A stretch of DNA of 64,000 nucleotides from Microcoleus sp. (GCA_042408215.1 JAYFMW010000006.1:608001-672000); one strand, 5' to 3'. Shown: positions 22,746 through 33,398, numbered from the stretch's first letter. Program-made: numbers and translations. The notes: generated from the letters alone by a model not told the origin.

Positions 22746-23030
22746 TTACAGAACTCCGGCGTTTCCTAAGCCTAAGATTACTCCAGCCCCCAGCAAGTGA
22801 CCGAGGCTGGTTGTTGCCAGCAATTCCGGTATGCCGAAGCCTTTGAACATTCCAGGCATTACAAGGGGTAAAGCTGGGCCTTTGCCTCGGTTTTGCTTGG
22901 AGATGCCGTAGTAGCCGATCGCGATCGCCAGTAAGTTGCACAAAATCATTGTTAGTGCTACCATAGGTGACCACTCTGGCGTTGAGGGAGTGGTTGATTG
23001 TACTGCTAATAGTAATGAAGAGTAAATCAC
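22746..23030 (-). CDS. psaK: Photosystem I subunit PsaK
   Basis: WS...MILCNLLAI...GP.LP...FGIPELLATTSLGHLLGAGVILGL. Confidence 0.93.
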   Translation of the reverse strand: MIYSSLLLAVQSTTPSTPEWSPMVALTMILCNLLAIAIGYYGISKQNRGKGPALPLVMPGMFKGFGIPELLATTSLGHLLGAGVILGLGNAGVL

Positions 23031-23134
23031 GTTGTTATTCTCCTGTTTTGACAGATCAATTGAGTTTCAAAATTATAAGAAGCATTTCGCCTTAAACTAC
23101 AATTTGTTTTAATAGTTAACAATTCATTTATATT

Positions 23135-23812
23135 TTGACACAAAGTGGGAACGGAGGAGTCGGAGTGCGGGTGAAAATTTGTGGCATCACTAAAGTAGAG
23201 CAAGGAATTGCGATCGCCCGTTTGGGAGCCCAGAGTTTGGGGTTTATTTGCGTGCCGGCTTCGCCCCGCTATGTCAGCCCAGAAACGATTCGGCTAATTG
23301 TTGAGCAGTTGCCCGAAAATGTCGATCGCATTGGTGTTTTTGCTAATAGCACAATCGAAAATATCTGTCAAGTAGTGGCAGAGTCAAATTTAACAGGCGT
23401 GCAGTTGCACGGAGATGAAACAGCGGAATATTGCGATCGACTGCGGGAGTTTTTGCCGAAAATTGAAACGATCAAAGCCCTGAGAGTCAAGACTTCTGAA
23501 ACTTTAGACACTGCGGCTGTTTACGCTACTCATGTCGATACTTTACTGCTGGATGCTTATCATCCCGAACAACTCGGCGGTACTGGCAAAACCCTCGATT
23601 GGCAGATGTTAGCAGAGTTTCGACCAAGCTGTCCTTGGTTGCTGGCTGGCGGTTTGAGACCTGATAATGTGTTAAGTGCGATCGCCAGTTTGTCAGACAA
23701 TAATTTTAGCGGTGTTGACCTTTCTAGCGGTGTAGAAATAGCCCCCGGAGATAAAGATTTAACAAAGGTTGCGAAGTTGTTTGAGCAACTAAAAACATCC
23801 AATAAAGGATGA
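23135..23812 (+). CDS. trpF: Phosphoribosylanthranilate isomerase (start may be GTG at 23165)
   Basis: VKICGIT, VQLHGDE, GGTGK, LAGGL and DLSSGVE. Confidence 0.96.
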   Translation: MTQSGNGGVGVRVKICGITKVEQGIAIARLGAQSLGFICVPASPRYVSPETIRLIVEQLPENVDRIGVFANSTIENICQVVAESNLTGVQLHGDETAEYCDRLREFLPKIETIKALRVKTSETLDTAAVYATHVDTLLLDAYHPEQLGGTGKTLDWQMLAEFRPSCPWLLAGGLRPDNVLSAIASLSDNNFSGVDLSSGVEIAPGDKDLTKVAKLFEQLKTSNKG

Positions 23813-24039
23813 CAAAAAACGCCCAACAACAAATAACAAATAACTAATGACTAATTACTTAGCCAGGAATTGTATGTGTCATTCTGATGACACATACAGC
23901 AGATTGCAGGTTTATGAAGTACACCCGCCTATCGATCAATCCCCCTAGGGACAAGGTATTGCCTTGTCCCTACTGCACTTAATAAACCTGGGATACGCTG
24001 TAGGCTTTGTGTAATACCAGTTTTTTATGAGGCTGCATA

Positions 24040-24490
24040 GAATCTGATCCCCCCTAACCCCCCTTAATAAGGGGAGTAGGGGAGTAGGGGGTGTGGAACA
24101 AGATTCTGATCCCCCCTAACCCCCCTTAATAAGGGGGGAACAAGATTCTGATCCCCCCTAACCCCCCTTAATAAGGGGGGAACAAGATTCTGATCCCCCC
24201 TAACCCCCCTTAATAAGGGGGGAACAAGATTCTGATCCCCCCTAACCCCCCTTAATAAGGGGGGAACAAGATTCTGATCCCCCCTAACCCCCCTTAATAA
24301 GGGGGGAATAAGATTCTGATCCCCCCTAACCCCCCTTAATAAGGGGGGAACAAGATTCTGATCCCCCCTAACCCCCCTTAATAAGGGGGGAATAAGATTC
24401 TGATCCCCCCTAACCCCCCTTAATAAGGGGGGAACAAGATTCTGATCCCCCCTAACCCCCCTTAATAAGGGGGGAATAAGATTCTGATCA
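24040..24490. repeat. 42-bp tandem repeat CAAGATTCTGATCCCCCCTAACCCCCCTTAATAAGGGGGGAA (about 10 copies, LTRR-like)
   Basis: Direct inspection; no unique spacers. Confidence 0.95.
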
Positions 24491-24615
24491 AAGTCACCCT
24501 TATTAAGGGGGATGCGAGGGGGATCGAGATATATGCAACGACCCATTAAATTGCTATAAGTCCTAAATAACAAATAACTAATAACTCATAACTCATAACT
24601 CATAACTAATCACAA

Positions 24616-25152
24616 ATGACTAATTACTTAGCATTACTTACAAGGCGAGTCAGTATCGCTTTTTCAACTATTCCCGATTTCACTGATTGGCTGGTTGCAG
24701 CTATGCTGGTGGTGGTTTACACTGCGATCGCACTGACCGTTGGTTTTTGGTCGGGATTTCTGAAAATAGACGTGCAAACCTCTTGGCGTACAATTGTTGG
24801 CGTGCTAATTGGTTGTTTGTTAACTCCCGGCATTACCGAGGAAATCTGTTTCCGCGTTTTAATGCTACCGCACAAGGAGGAAAATGCTTCCGGGTTAATG
24901 CTGTGGTTTTGCGGAGGCGCGAGTTTGGCGCTGTTTATAGTTTATCACCCGCTGAACGGGCTGACTTTCTATCCCGTTGGTCGATCGACCTTTCTGAATC
25001 CAGTGTTTTTGCTACTGGCGGCGGTTTTGGGGGCTGCGTGTAGCATTGCATACCTGGAAAGCGGTTCGATGTGGCCCGCTGTGGCGATTCACTGGCTGGC
25101 TGTGACAGTCTGGCTGCTGCTATTGGGCGGTTATCGGAGGCTTTATGGTTAA
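24616..25152 (+). CDS. CPBP (Abi/CAAX) family intramembrane protease
   Basis: EEICFR, FIVYH and AIHW motifs. Confidence 0.88.
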   Translation: MTNYLALLTRRVSIAFSTIPDFTDWLVAAMLVVVYTAIALTVGFWSGFLKIDVQTSWRTIVGVLIGCLLTPGITEEICFRVLMLPHKEENASGLMLWFCGGASLALFIVYHPLNGLTFYPVGRSTFLNPVFLLLAAVLGAACSIAYLESGSMWPAVAIHWLAVTVWLLLLGGYRRLYG

Positions 25153-25176
25153 ATGTAAAAGTCAAGTATAACTATT

Positions 25177-26484
25177 TTGTCGCGAGGGATATCAGTTGTG
25201 GCTATCATAGGAGCGATCGTAGGTTTTTTAGCAGGTATAGCAGTTGCTTACTGGTTGGTGGAAAAGCGGCTAAATCAGCAAAAGCAACAGCAGTTAGAAC
25301 AAAGTCGCAAAATGGCTGAGCAAATAGAAATGGCTCACCTGTCTCGGATGCAAGAAACTGTCGAATCTTTGCAAGGAGAACGGGAAAAACAGCTCAGAAA
25401 AGTTACGGCCGAACACGAAAAATCACTCAGGCAAGTTACTGCCGAACATGAACAACTTCTCAGACAAGTTGCAGCCGAACATGAACAACTTCTCAGACAA
25501 GTTGCAGCCGAACGTGACAACAACCTCAGACAAGTTAATTCTGAATTAGCTGAATTAGAGCAAAATCAGAATTCTCAGTTGCAGGAAACTCTGCAATCCT
25601 TACAACAAGAACACGAAGATCATTTACTCAGACTTGCTGACGAATTGCATCAGAATTATCAAGCTCAGATGGAGCAAAATATGCAAGCTTTGCAAGATCA
25701 ACACGAAATTCGTTTGCGGCAAACCGCTGAGGAATATGAGAACCGCGAGATAGAGATGCAGTTAACTGTGGAGTCTTTGCAAGACGAATACGAAAGTCAG
25801 TTGAGAGCAGCTCATGAGCAGTTACAAGCTCACCAAGCTCAAATGCAAGCCACCATCGAGTCTTTGCAAGAGCAATACGAAATCAAGTTAAAAGAAAAAG
25901 AAATTTCGCAGCCACAGTCAAGTCAGCTAACAAATCAGCTAAATCCAACAGAATTTGGAGAACCGTTTAATGAAACTGAATTTCTGCCAACACAGTCAAT
26001 TCAACTAAATCAAACAGAATTTGAAGAACAGTTTAATGAAACTGAATTTCTGCCAACACAGTCAATTCAACTAAATCAAACAGAAGTTGGAGAACAGCAT
26101 CAAATAGCACGACAAGCACCAAGCTATTCGGTGGCGCAGTTGATGGGATGCGTTCAAAGTCGGGATCATGAAGTCCGCAAGTCAGCAGCGTTTGCTTTGG
26201 GTAGAATGGCGGCGGCTAATGCTCTCAGATCCGACAGTCAGCGAGTAGTAGAAACCTTGGGAAAATTAGCTCAAGATTACGCTCCTGAAGTTCGTCAGAC
26301 TGCTGTGGAAGCGCTAGGAATGATTAAGTCGGAAAAAGTAATTCCACTGTTGCAAAAAGCTTTGCGAGATACAGACGGTGCTGTGGCTAAATCTGCCAGT
26401 TCGGCTCTGAATAAGTTTAAATTTTATCCGCGCACTCCGGCGGCCAAACCGAAAAATGTTGATGTGAAAAAACCAAAGCGTTAA
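25177..26484 (+). CDS. Membrane-anchored coiled-coil protein with C-terminal HEAT repeats
   Basis: N-terminal TM helix, Q/E-rich coil, and HEAT motifs VRKSAAFALG and VRQTAVEALG. Confidence 0.85.
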   Translation: MSRGISVVAIIGAIVGFLAGIAVAYWLVEKRLNQQKQQQLEQSRKMAEQIEMAHLSRMQETVESLQGEREKQLRKVTAEHEKSLRQVTAEHEQLLRQVAAEHEQLLRQVAAERDNNLRQVNSELAELEQNQNSQLQETLQSLQQEHEDHLLRLADELHQNYQAQMEQNMQALQDQHEIRLRQTAEEYENREIEMQLTVESLQDEYESQLRAAHEQLQAHQAQMQATIESLQEQYEIKLKEKEISQPQSSQLTNQLNPTEFGEPFNETEFLPTQSIQLNQTEFEEQFNETEFLPTQSIQLNQTEVGEQHQIARQAPSYSVAQLMGCVQSRDHEVRKSAAFALGRMAAANALRSDSQRVVETLGKLAQDYAPEVRQTAVEALGMIKSEKVIPLLQKALRDTDGAVAKSASSALNKFKFYPRTPAAKPKNVDVKKPKR

Positions 26485-26564
26485 GCCGTTAAGTAGGTCA
26501 GATTAAGCTCTCGGTTCCCAGGCTCTACCTGGGAACCAGTTAATGACTAATCACCAAGACTAAT

Positions 26565-28217
26565 TCAAAATCGCTGTTTTGTGCCGAGTACAAATTTGAT
26601 GTCGCCGCCATCGCTAACACCCATATCTAAGCGAATTAATCCAAAACGCGATCGCACGCGCACACCCACACCCGCAGCAGCCCCAGTTCCAGGCTTGTCT
26701 CTCACCGAAGCCGGTTTTCCTAACACGCTGTCTCCCGTTCCCAAATCCGACGCAAAATCGACAAATATTACCCCGCCCACATCTCTACCGACAGGAAACC
26801 GATACTCGCCGGAAGCTAGGAAATAACTCCGGCCGCTGCCAATGTCGCCACTGTCGTAACCCCGCACGGAATTGCGCCCACCGAGGCGAAAAGCTTCTGT
26901 TGGTGGCAAATCCCCAATTACCGTCCCTGCTTGCAAGTTAAAAGCCAACATTTCTGGCAAGGTTTCAGAATCACCACCGCCGAGCAAATTGATTGGTATA
27001 TATTGTATATAATTTCCTAAAAGTTTGTTACTCACAATGTTACCCCGTCCCAGAGGTATTGATTGTTCGGTGCTGAGGCTGAAAATCGATCCTCTGACAG
27101 GGTTGAAGGGATTGTCTCGCCGATCGAGCGTTGCACCAAAAGAAACAGTGTATAACTCATCAACGCCAGAACCGCTGAATGTGAGAGGATTTCCCAGTTC
27201 GTCTCGGCGGGCGATCTTCAAATTGCGATCGCGCGTGCTGATATTTGTATAATTTATTCCCAAAGTCCCTCGCCAATCGCCCAAAGGCCTCGTAAATGCG
27301 AGATTTCCCCCCATCCGAATTTCCCGAACTCGATCGCCGTTGGGCAAATTGAGATCTTTGTTGAAAATGTCGGAAGTTGTGCGATCGCGAAAAGCTCTCA
27401 CACTGTATCCCAAACCATCGGTGGCGGCAACGTAAGGGCTGACAAACTGGACATTGTACTCGAAACCTCGGAGGCTGGGCACAAGTTCCACCGACACCCG
27501 CTGGGGGTCCGTGCCCAAAGTTCGATCGGTATAAGACAGAGGAATCGCAACGCCAACGTCATCACTCAGGCTCACACTCACGCCAAAAGATCGAGCCGAT
27601 TGCTCTTGGATGTTGTATATAACATTAATATCCGTGCCAACTTCTTCAGTAGAAACCGTCACTTTCTCAAACAATCCCAATTGCTGCAACTGCTGCAAAT
27701 CCGATCGCACTACATCCTGACTATAATTATCCCCCGCCTTGAGTTTCAGCTCACCACGGATAAAATCTTCCGAAATTCTGCCCTCAATTGGATTCCCTTT
27801 TTTGTCAACAGCTTCGCCTCTTCCGCTGACAAACCGAATTTTTACATCTGCAACATAAACACCGCCTGCATCTCTAGCTTGAGAAACTTGTGCAGTACCC
27901 TCTAGCTGTCGGGCGTTGCGGTTGACTGATTCCGGGGTTTCGCCCACAGCAATTGAGTCTTCGGGAGTTTTTAACAGAAAGGCAAAATCTTTATTTTGGC
28001 TGGACTTAACTTTCACAGAGGGCGATCGAACTTCCACAGAAACAGGATTTTCCTCAGATGTCGGCAAATCAAGAGCAGTTTCTCTTAAATTGACCACTTT
28101 CGGTGCATCTCCCTCTCCCAACTCCACCTCAGTTGCAGCCCTTGCCGCTAATTCGCCCCCAGCCCATGTCGCCAGAGTCAAAATTGCAATAGTAGAAATA
28201 TTTTTGACAATACGCAT
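26565..28217 (-). CDS. BamA/TamA (Omp85) family outer membrane protein
   Basis: POTRA-like segment, LGGRNSVRGY, terminal Phe. Confidence 0.9.
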   Translation of the reverse strand: MRIVKNISTIAILTLATWAGGELAARAATEVELGEGDAPKVVNLRETALDLPTSEENPVSVEVRSPSVKVKSSQNKDFAFLLKTPEDSIAVGETPESVNRNARQLEGTAQVSQARDAGGVYVADVKIRFVSGRGEAVDKKGNPIEGRISEDFIRGELKLKAGDNYSQDVVRSDLQQLQQLGLFEKVTVSTEEVGTDINVIYNIQEQSARSFGVSVSLSDDVGVAIPLSYTDRTLGTDPQRVSVELVPSLRGFEYNVQFVSPYVAATDGLGYSVRAFRDRTTSDIFNKDLNLPNGDRVREIRMGGNLAFTRPLGDWRGTLGINYTNISTRDRNLKIARRDELGNPLTFSGSGVDELYTVSFGATLDRRDNPFNPVRGSIFSLSTEQSIPLGRGNIVSNKLLGNYIQYIPINLLGGGDSETLPEMLAFNLQAGTVIGDLPPTEAFRLGGRNSVRGYDSGDIGSGRSYFLASGEYRFPVGRDVGGVIFVDFASDLGTGDSVLGKPASVRDKPGTGAAAGVGVRVRSRFGLIRLDMGVSDGGDIKFVLGTKQRF

Positions 28218-28253
28218 AAAAATCTATTTTTAACAGGACTTACCTGGCTATTG

Positions 28254-28760
28254 TCTGTCATGAGTCAAGCATAACGAAGCATCTCTGTCATGAGTCAAGC
28301 ATAACGAAGCATCTCTGTCATGAGTCAAGCATAACGAAACATCTCTGTCATGAGTCAAGCATTCTGTCATGAGTCAAGCGTAACGAAGCCTCTCTGTCAT
28401 GAGTCAAGCATTCTGTCATGAGTCAAGCGTAACGAAGCCTCTCTGTCATGAGTCAAGCATTCTGTCATGAGTCAAGCGTAACGAAGCCTCTCTGTCATGA
28501 GTCAAGCATTCTGTCATGAGTCAAGCGTAACGAAGCATCTCTGTCATGAGTCAAGCGTAATGAAGCATCTCTGTCATGAGTCAAGCATAATGAAGCATCT
28601 CTGTCATGAGTCAAGCATTCTGTCATGAGTCAAGCGTAACGAAGCATCTCTGTGCATCTCTGTCATGAGTCAAGCGTAATGAAGCATCTCTGTGCATCTC
28701 TGTCATGAGTCAAGCGTAATGAAGCATCTCTGTCATGAGTCAAGCGTAACGAAGCATCTG
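28254..28760. repeat. Compound tandem repeat of 30-bp (TCTGTCATGAGTCAAGCRTAAYGAAGCATC) and 19-bp units
   Basis: TGTCATGAGTCAAGC recurs about 18 times. Confidence 0.93.
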
Positions 28761-28851
28761 TTAGCGGTTAACATACTTACCGAAAACCGACCACCAAGCC
28801 TATTCCTGAAAAGAAACCCGGTATTTTTGGGAAGACCGGGTTTCTGCAATT

Positions 28852-29258
28852 TTGACACTCTCCGGGCTCAAGCCACGGAGATTCTTAAGACTTGAGTCTT
28901 AAAGGCGCTGTCAAATCACCTCTACACGCTCAAAACAACTACTGGTACGAGAAGTATTGCAATTGCGCTTACTTTTGTTTTTAGATTGCTTTCTGAGTCC
29001 ACCAATAATCCAGTTAGGTACGATCAACAATTCACTATTACGTGTTTGGACAGGCTCGGCATTGCCGAGTAGCGATCCAACCCAGGAGTCTCACCTTATG
29101 AAATCGTTTCAACACGTAGATGGTTGTTCTTACTTGCCTTGTTAAATTCTCAGCTATTTAGCACAAGATATTTGATATTGCAACAAAGTTTTACAATTAA
29201 AGCCGTCCTATAAGGACGGGGCTTCAACCCTGCGCTTCGCTCCGCCCATTTTTGGGGT
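28852..29258 (-). mobile_element. ORF-less IS200/IS605 derivative (PATE-like) with both end hairpins
   Basis: Minus strand: left end GGGTTGAAGCCCCGTCCTTATAGGACGGCTT, right end GAATCTCCGTGGCTTGAGCCCGGAGAGTGTCAA. Confidence 0.75.
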
Positions 29259-29302
29259 GAAATTGGGGAAAATTCGATCGCTGCGGGCGATCGTCAATTT
29301 AA

Positions 29303-29503
29303 TTAAAGAGCTTGTCGAGATACCCGTTTCTCAAAATGAGCCTGCGTCTGCTGCAACAGTTGTTCGCGACTATCCTTAGCCTGCGTAATCGTAGGGAGCA
29401 AGTTGCGAGCCTGTAAAGTCATGTGAAGCTGTAGGTGAGCTACATACTCACTGACATCTTCACGCAGTGAACAAGCCGGGTATCGTTTTAAGTTGGAGTT
29501 CAA
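29303..29503 (-). CDS. Small hypothetical protein
   Basis: 66 aa with GGAG upstream; YVAHLQLHMTLQARNL resembles a conserved cyanobacterial small protein. Confidence 0.65.
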   Translation of the reverse strand: MNSNLKRYPACSLREDVSEYVAHLQLHMTLQARNLLPTITQAKDSREQLLQQTQAHFEKRVSRQAL

Positions 29504-29598
29504 ACTGTTCTCCTGATTTGAGTGTGCAGTATTTTAAATAATTATAGACAGTATCACGCTACCTTTCAAATTCTGAACTCCGTAATGAAGTTTAACCT

Positions 29599-30489
29599 TT
29601 GGACGGCAACACTGTAACAATTGTTTATAAAAATTCATCCAGGAGGCGATCGCCAATGCAGTCTAGAGCAATTATGCACAAGCACACATTAAGTACATTT
29701 GTCAACAGCAGCAGCCAAAAAGCCACTTACCTCGACATCGGGAGCGGGCAACCCTTATTAATGCTGCACGGTTTCTTCGGAGAAAAGACTTGCTGGCTCC
29801 CATTAATTGAGTTATTGCAATCTCAGTTTCGCTGCATCAGTTTAGATATGTTGGGTTTTGGAGAATCTAGCAAACCAGAAATATGCTACGATGTGGCCTT
29901 AGAAGTTGCCTTTGTGCGACAAGTTGTAGAACAACTCAATATCGATCCCTGCTGCATGATCGGACATTCTTTTGGCGGTTGGGTAGCTTCTGCCTATGCC
30001 CTCAAATACACAAATTCCGTCAGCAGTTTAGTATTAGCAGCACCTGCGGGAATTCGAGACGACAGTTTTTGCGGTCAATACGATGCTTTGCGGCCACTGC
30101 TGTGGAAAACGTCGATCGTTGATTTGGCATTGCAATTAGCAAAACCCTTTGCTAATTTAGCCGGAAAAAGTAACGAATTGCAGCAGATTTCCGGTTGGCG
30201 GCGAGAATTAATGTCTCAACCAGTCGCCCGGTCATTTTTAATGAGTCGGATGCGCCCGGAAGACGCCATTGATACCGTTGAAAAAGACCTTCACAAATTG
30301 CAAATTCCCACATTAGTAATCACAGGAGATAGCGACGAAACAATTCCTCTCTGGCACTGTCAAACCTATGCCAATCAAATACCAAAAGCACAGTTAGCAA
30401 TTATTCCAAATGCGACTCACGGATTGCCCCAAACTCAAGCTGAAATGATGGCAAATCTGATTTGCCAATTTTTGGGGCAATTCACCTAG
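29599..30489 (+). CDS. Alpha/beta hydrolase (start probably 29656 or 29674)
   Basis: LHGF, DMLGFGES, GHSFGG, with Asp and His. Confidence 0.9.
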   Translation: MDGNTVTIVYKNSSRRRSPMQSRAIMHKHTLSTFVNSSSQKATYLDIGSGQPLLMLHGFFGEKTCWLPLIELLQSQFRCISLDMLGFGESSKPEICYDVALEVAFVRQVVEQLNIDPCCMIGHSFGGWVASAYALKYTNSVSSLVLAAPAGIRDDSFCGQYDALRPLLWKTSIVDLALQLAKPFANLAGKSNELQQISGWRRELMSQPVARSFLMSRMRPEDAIDTVEKDLHKLQIPTLVITGDSDETIPLWHCQTYANQIPKAQLAIIPNATHGLPQTQAEMMANLICQFLGQFT

Positions 30490-30596
30490 ACTTCCTCTAA
30501 CCATAGATTGTAATACTGACTCAAAAAATGTTACAAATTATACTACTTAATCGCTGCATAGCGACTATAATTTTGACAGTATAGTGAACAACATTT

Positions 30597-32081
30597 TTGA
30601 TGATGACAATATCTTCTGCGAGCAGGAGTTACAGACATTCAGTTGAGTCGGAGGTATTACCTATAGTGGCATTCAAAAACTACTTCAATCTTGAAGAAAT
30701 TATGACAGCTCGAAAAATTAGCGCGGCTCTAATTAACGTCAGTGGCCGACAGCGAATGCTTTCCCAAAAAACCGCATTTTTTTGCTTGAGGTTAGTTGGC
30801 TCAAGACAAGGGGCAGAAAGAGAACAACTGCGGGCAGATTTGAGGTCGGCGATCGCTCTTATGGAAAAATCCCACAGCGCCTTAATCAATACTGACAGCA
30901 GCATCAACTTATTAACTCCCCCTTCAGCGACTGTCAAAGCAATGTATTTTGAAGCGCCGCTTTATTTAGACAAACAAGTGCGGGAATATATCGATCGCAT
31001 TAAAGCCTTAGTGCAAGTTCCAGATGCCGAACTCAGAGCAGACAATCCCCACCTGCTGTATATTATAGAGGCGGCTGACGGCGACTTGCTAAAAGCTTTC
31101 GATGCCGTGGTTAGTCAATATCAACAGGAGAGCGAAACTGAACAATTTGAAGTGAATCTCAGACAAGTTGAACTTTATCAAGAAAGTTGCACTGCTACGG
31201 CTGCATCCATAGCTAAAGCATCTGAACTCGATCGCACACTTGGCGAACTAAAAGAAACTCAAGCTCAACTCCTCCACAGCGAAAAAATGTCTTCTCTGGG
31301 AGAACTAATGGCTAGTATCGTCCACGAAATCAATAACCCAGTCAGTTTTATTTACGGCAACTTGAGCCATGTCGAAGTTTATACTCAAGATTTGCTGCAC
31401 CTGCTGCGTCTCTATCAAGAAAAATATCCCAATCCCTGTCGCGAAATTAAAGATCAGATCGAAGAAATGGAGCTTGATTTTTTAGTTGAAGACTTGCCGA
31501 AAGTGATGTCTTCCATGCAAATGGGTTCCGATCGAATTCGCGAAATTGTCAAATCAATGCAAAATTTTTCGCGAACAGATAACAGTAACATGACGCTGTG
31601 CGATTTGCATGATAGCATTGACAGCACGGTGTTAATTTTGCGAAACCGTCTCAATGCTCAAAAAACTCGCCGTGATATTCAAGTAGTTAAAGATTACGGA
31701 AACTTGCCTACTGTAGAGTGTTATGCCGGACAACTAAATCAAGTATTCATGAATCTGATTAGCAACGCGATCGATGCTTTAGAAGAAGCAGCAGAAAATC
31801 AGCCCGATGCTTCGCTGAAGATTTCGATCCGCACTGAGGTAGCTGAGTTCGATCGAGTGAGAGTGCGGATTGCTGACACTGGATCGGGAATCAACGCACA
31901 GGTAAAAGAACGAATGTTCGAGCAGTTTTTCACAACCAAGAAAATCGGTAAAGGTACCGGTTTAGGATTGTCTATTGTCTACAAAATTTTAGTAGAAAAC
32001 CACCGAGGAATGCTCAGGTGCGAGTCAGAACCAGGAACAGGAACCGAGTTTATCATTGAATTGCCAGTGCAACAAACTTAA
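30597..32081 (+). CDS. Histidine kinase with PilJ/NarX-like N-terminal domain (start probably 30702)
   Basis: INVSGRQRMLSQK; HEINNP; N, G1, F and G2 boxes. Confidence 0.9.
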   Translation: MMMTISSASRSYRHSVESEVLPIVAFKNYFNLEEIMTARKISAALINVSGRQRMLSQKTAFFCLRLVGSRQGAEREQLRADLRSAIALMEKSHSALINTDSSINLLTPPSATVKAMYFEAPLYLDKQVREYIDRIKALVQVPDAELRADNPHLLYIIEAADGDLLKAFDAVVSQYQQESETEQFEVNLRQVELYQESCTATAASIAKASELDRTLGELKETQAQLLHSEKMSSLGELMASIVHEINNPVSFIYGNLSHVEVYTQDLLHLLRLYQEKYPNPCREIKDQIEEMELDFLVEDLPKVMSSMQMGSDRIREIVKSMQNFSRTDNSNMTLCDLHDSIDSTVLILRNRLNAQKTRRDIQVVKDYGNLPTVECYAGQLNQVFMNLISNAIDALEEAAENQPDASLKISIRTEVAEFDRVRVRIADTGSGINAQVKERMFEQFFTTKKIGKGTGLGLSIVYKILVENHRGMLRCESEPGTGTEFIIELPVQQT

Positions 32082-32115
32082 ACAGTTGATCAACCTTAAA
32101 ATTTACCTGATTTAT

Positions 32116-32282
32116 TGTGGCACTGGCGTCCCGCCTGTGGTTCCGTGGCACTGGCGTCCCGCCTGTGGTTCCGTGGCACTGGCGTCCCGCCTGTGGTTCC
32201 GTGGCACTGGCGTCCCGCCTGTGGTTCCGTGGCACTGGCGTCCCGCCTGTGGTTCCGTGGCACTGGCGTCCCGCCTGTGGTT
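32116..32282. repeat. 28-bp tandem repeat GTGGCACTGGCGTCCCGCCTGTGGTTCC (6 copies)
   Basis: Perfect copies without spacers. Confidence 0.95.
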
Positions 32283-32308
32283 ACGAAGCGGTTAAAATCT
32301 ACAGATAC

Positions 32309-32662
32309 CTACTCCAATTCTAACTTCAAAGTTGGCAACAGCTTTTCTAAATTCTTGAGAGATTTCTGTTGCCAAGGAACATCATTTGAACCCACTACCA
32401 AGAGTTGAATCGTTTTCTTTTTCCGCACGGCAATTACAAACTTAGACAACATACTGATACCAGAACTATTAAGAAATTCCAATTTTTTTAAGTTCAAAGT
32501 AATCGTGGATGGTTCTGGATTGGCGACCTCATCTAACAATTGGACTATGGGTGCATAATCTGCTGGTCCACCCAAGCTGAGTTCGCCTTGAAAATAGACA
32601 GTCACCGATTCTCGATCGTATTGAATAATGTAGTCTTGACCTTTAATTTCTTGAATATCCAT
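32309..32662 (-). CDS. STAS-like Slr1659-family regulator
   Basis: LEFLNSSGISMLSKFV and PWQQKSLKNL. Confidence 0.8.
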   Translation of the reverse strand: MDIQEIKGQDYIIQYDRESVTVYFQGELSLGGPADYAPIVQLLDEVANPEPSTITLNLKKLEFLNSSGISMLSKFVIAVRKKKTIQLLVVGSNDVPWQQKSLKNLEKLLPTLKLELE

Positions 32663-32726
32663 TGTTTTGTGGTTACCTGAGTGAATTGCGATCGCCTAAA
32701 AAGAGTAAATATTGAAATGCTACAAA

Positions 32727-33398
32727 CTAAACAATAATTTGAGCTACAGTCGTCACCAGGATAGTATCAAGACTGTCTGGGATTGTCTCAAATCTCCAAC
32801 CTATCTTGGCTGAATAGTCATTAATCATCGTCAGCAATCCCAATCCCGATGTTTCACTGTCTGTTTCAGCATTTTTTTCAAGCTGCTGTAAATAGAGTTC
32901 AGTAGGGTCGTCGGAAGAGAGTAGCTCTTTAATGAATTCATGCAATTTATTGGCTGTTTCTGACTTGGCATAGTTGGTAGCAAAAATTACTACTATTACG
33001 TCAATATCCTCAATAAAGTGTATACCAAACCTGACCTTATAACTGGAAGTATCATCAGTAAATTTTATCGCATTTTCTAACAGTTCGTTGGCGACGTAAC
33101 TCACGGCTCCCTTGCTTTGTTTAATCCGTTTCTCGCTGCTAGCATCCTCCTCGTCTACCGGTAGAAAGCTAGACAAATAATCGGCCACAAAATGAGCTGA
33201 AAGCCTGTTGTTGCGCCATCGTTGCTTGATCGGGCGAGAACTGGGCGTAAATGTAAGCTCTAGGGAGTCGTGTTCCGGTGGAAATTGGTCGATGAATTCT
33301 CCAAAGATTTGTGTCACAGTTTGTAAGCTTCCAGATGTCATTATTTTTCTACCTTTAATTGATCTTTGAATGTCACTTCTGAGTAAATTTCCAGACAC
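32727..33398 (-). CDS. Slr1658-family HATPase-like (anti-sigma kinase-like) regulator
   Basis: WRNNRLSAHFVADY, ELLENAIKF and SGLGLLTMINDY. Confidence 0.8.
   Translation of the reverse strand: MSGNLLRSDIQRSIKGRKIMTSGSLQTVTQIFGEFIDQFPPEHDSLELTFTPSSRPIKQRWRNNRLSAHFVADYLSSFLPVDEEDASSEKRIKQSKGAVSYVANELLENAIKFTDDTSSYKVRFGIHFIEDIDVIVVIFATNYAKSETANKLHEFIKELLSSDDPTELYLQQLEKNAETDSETSGLGLLTMINDYSAKIGWRFETIPDSLDTILVTTVAQIIV

Noticed and set aside
24040..24573. 42-bp array as a CRISPR, or as the 169-aa DQNLVPPLLRGVRG protein
   Set aside because: It has no unique spacers, and the ORF is a by-product of a repeat period divisible by 3.
32056..32408. 28-bp repeats as a mini-CRISPR or ORFs
   Set aside because: Head-to-tail identical units with no spacers; the ORFs are repeat translations.
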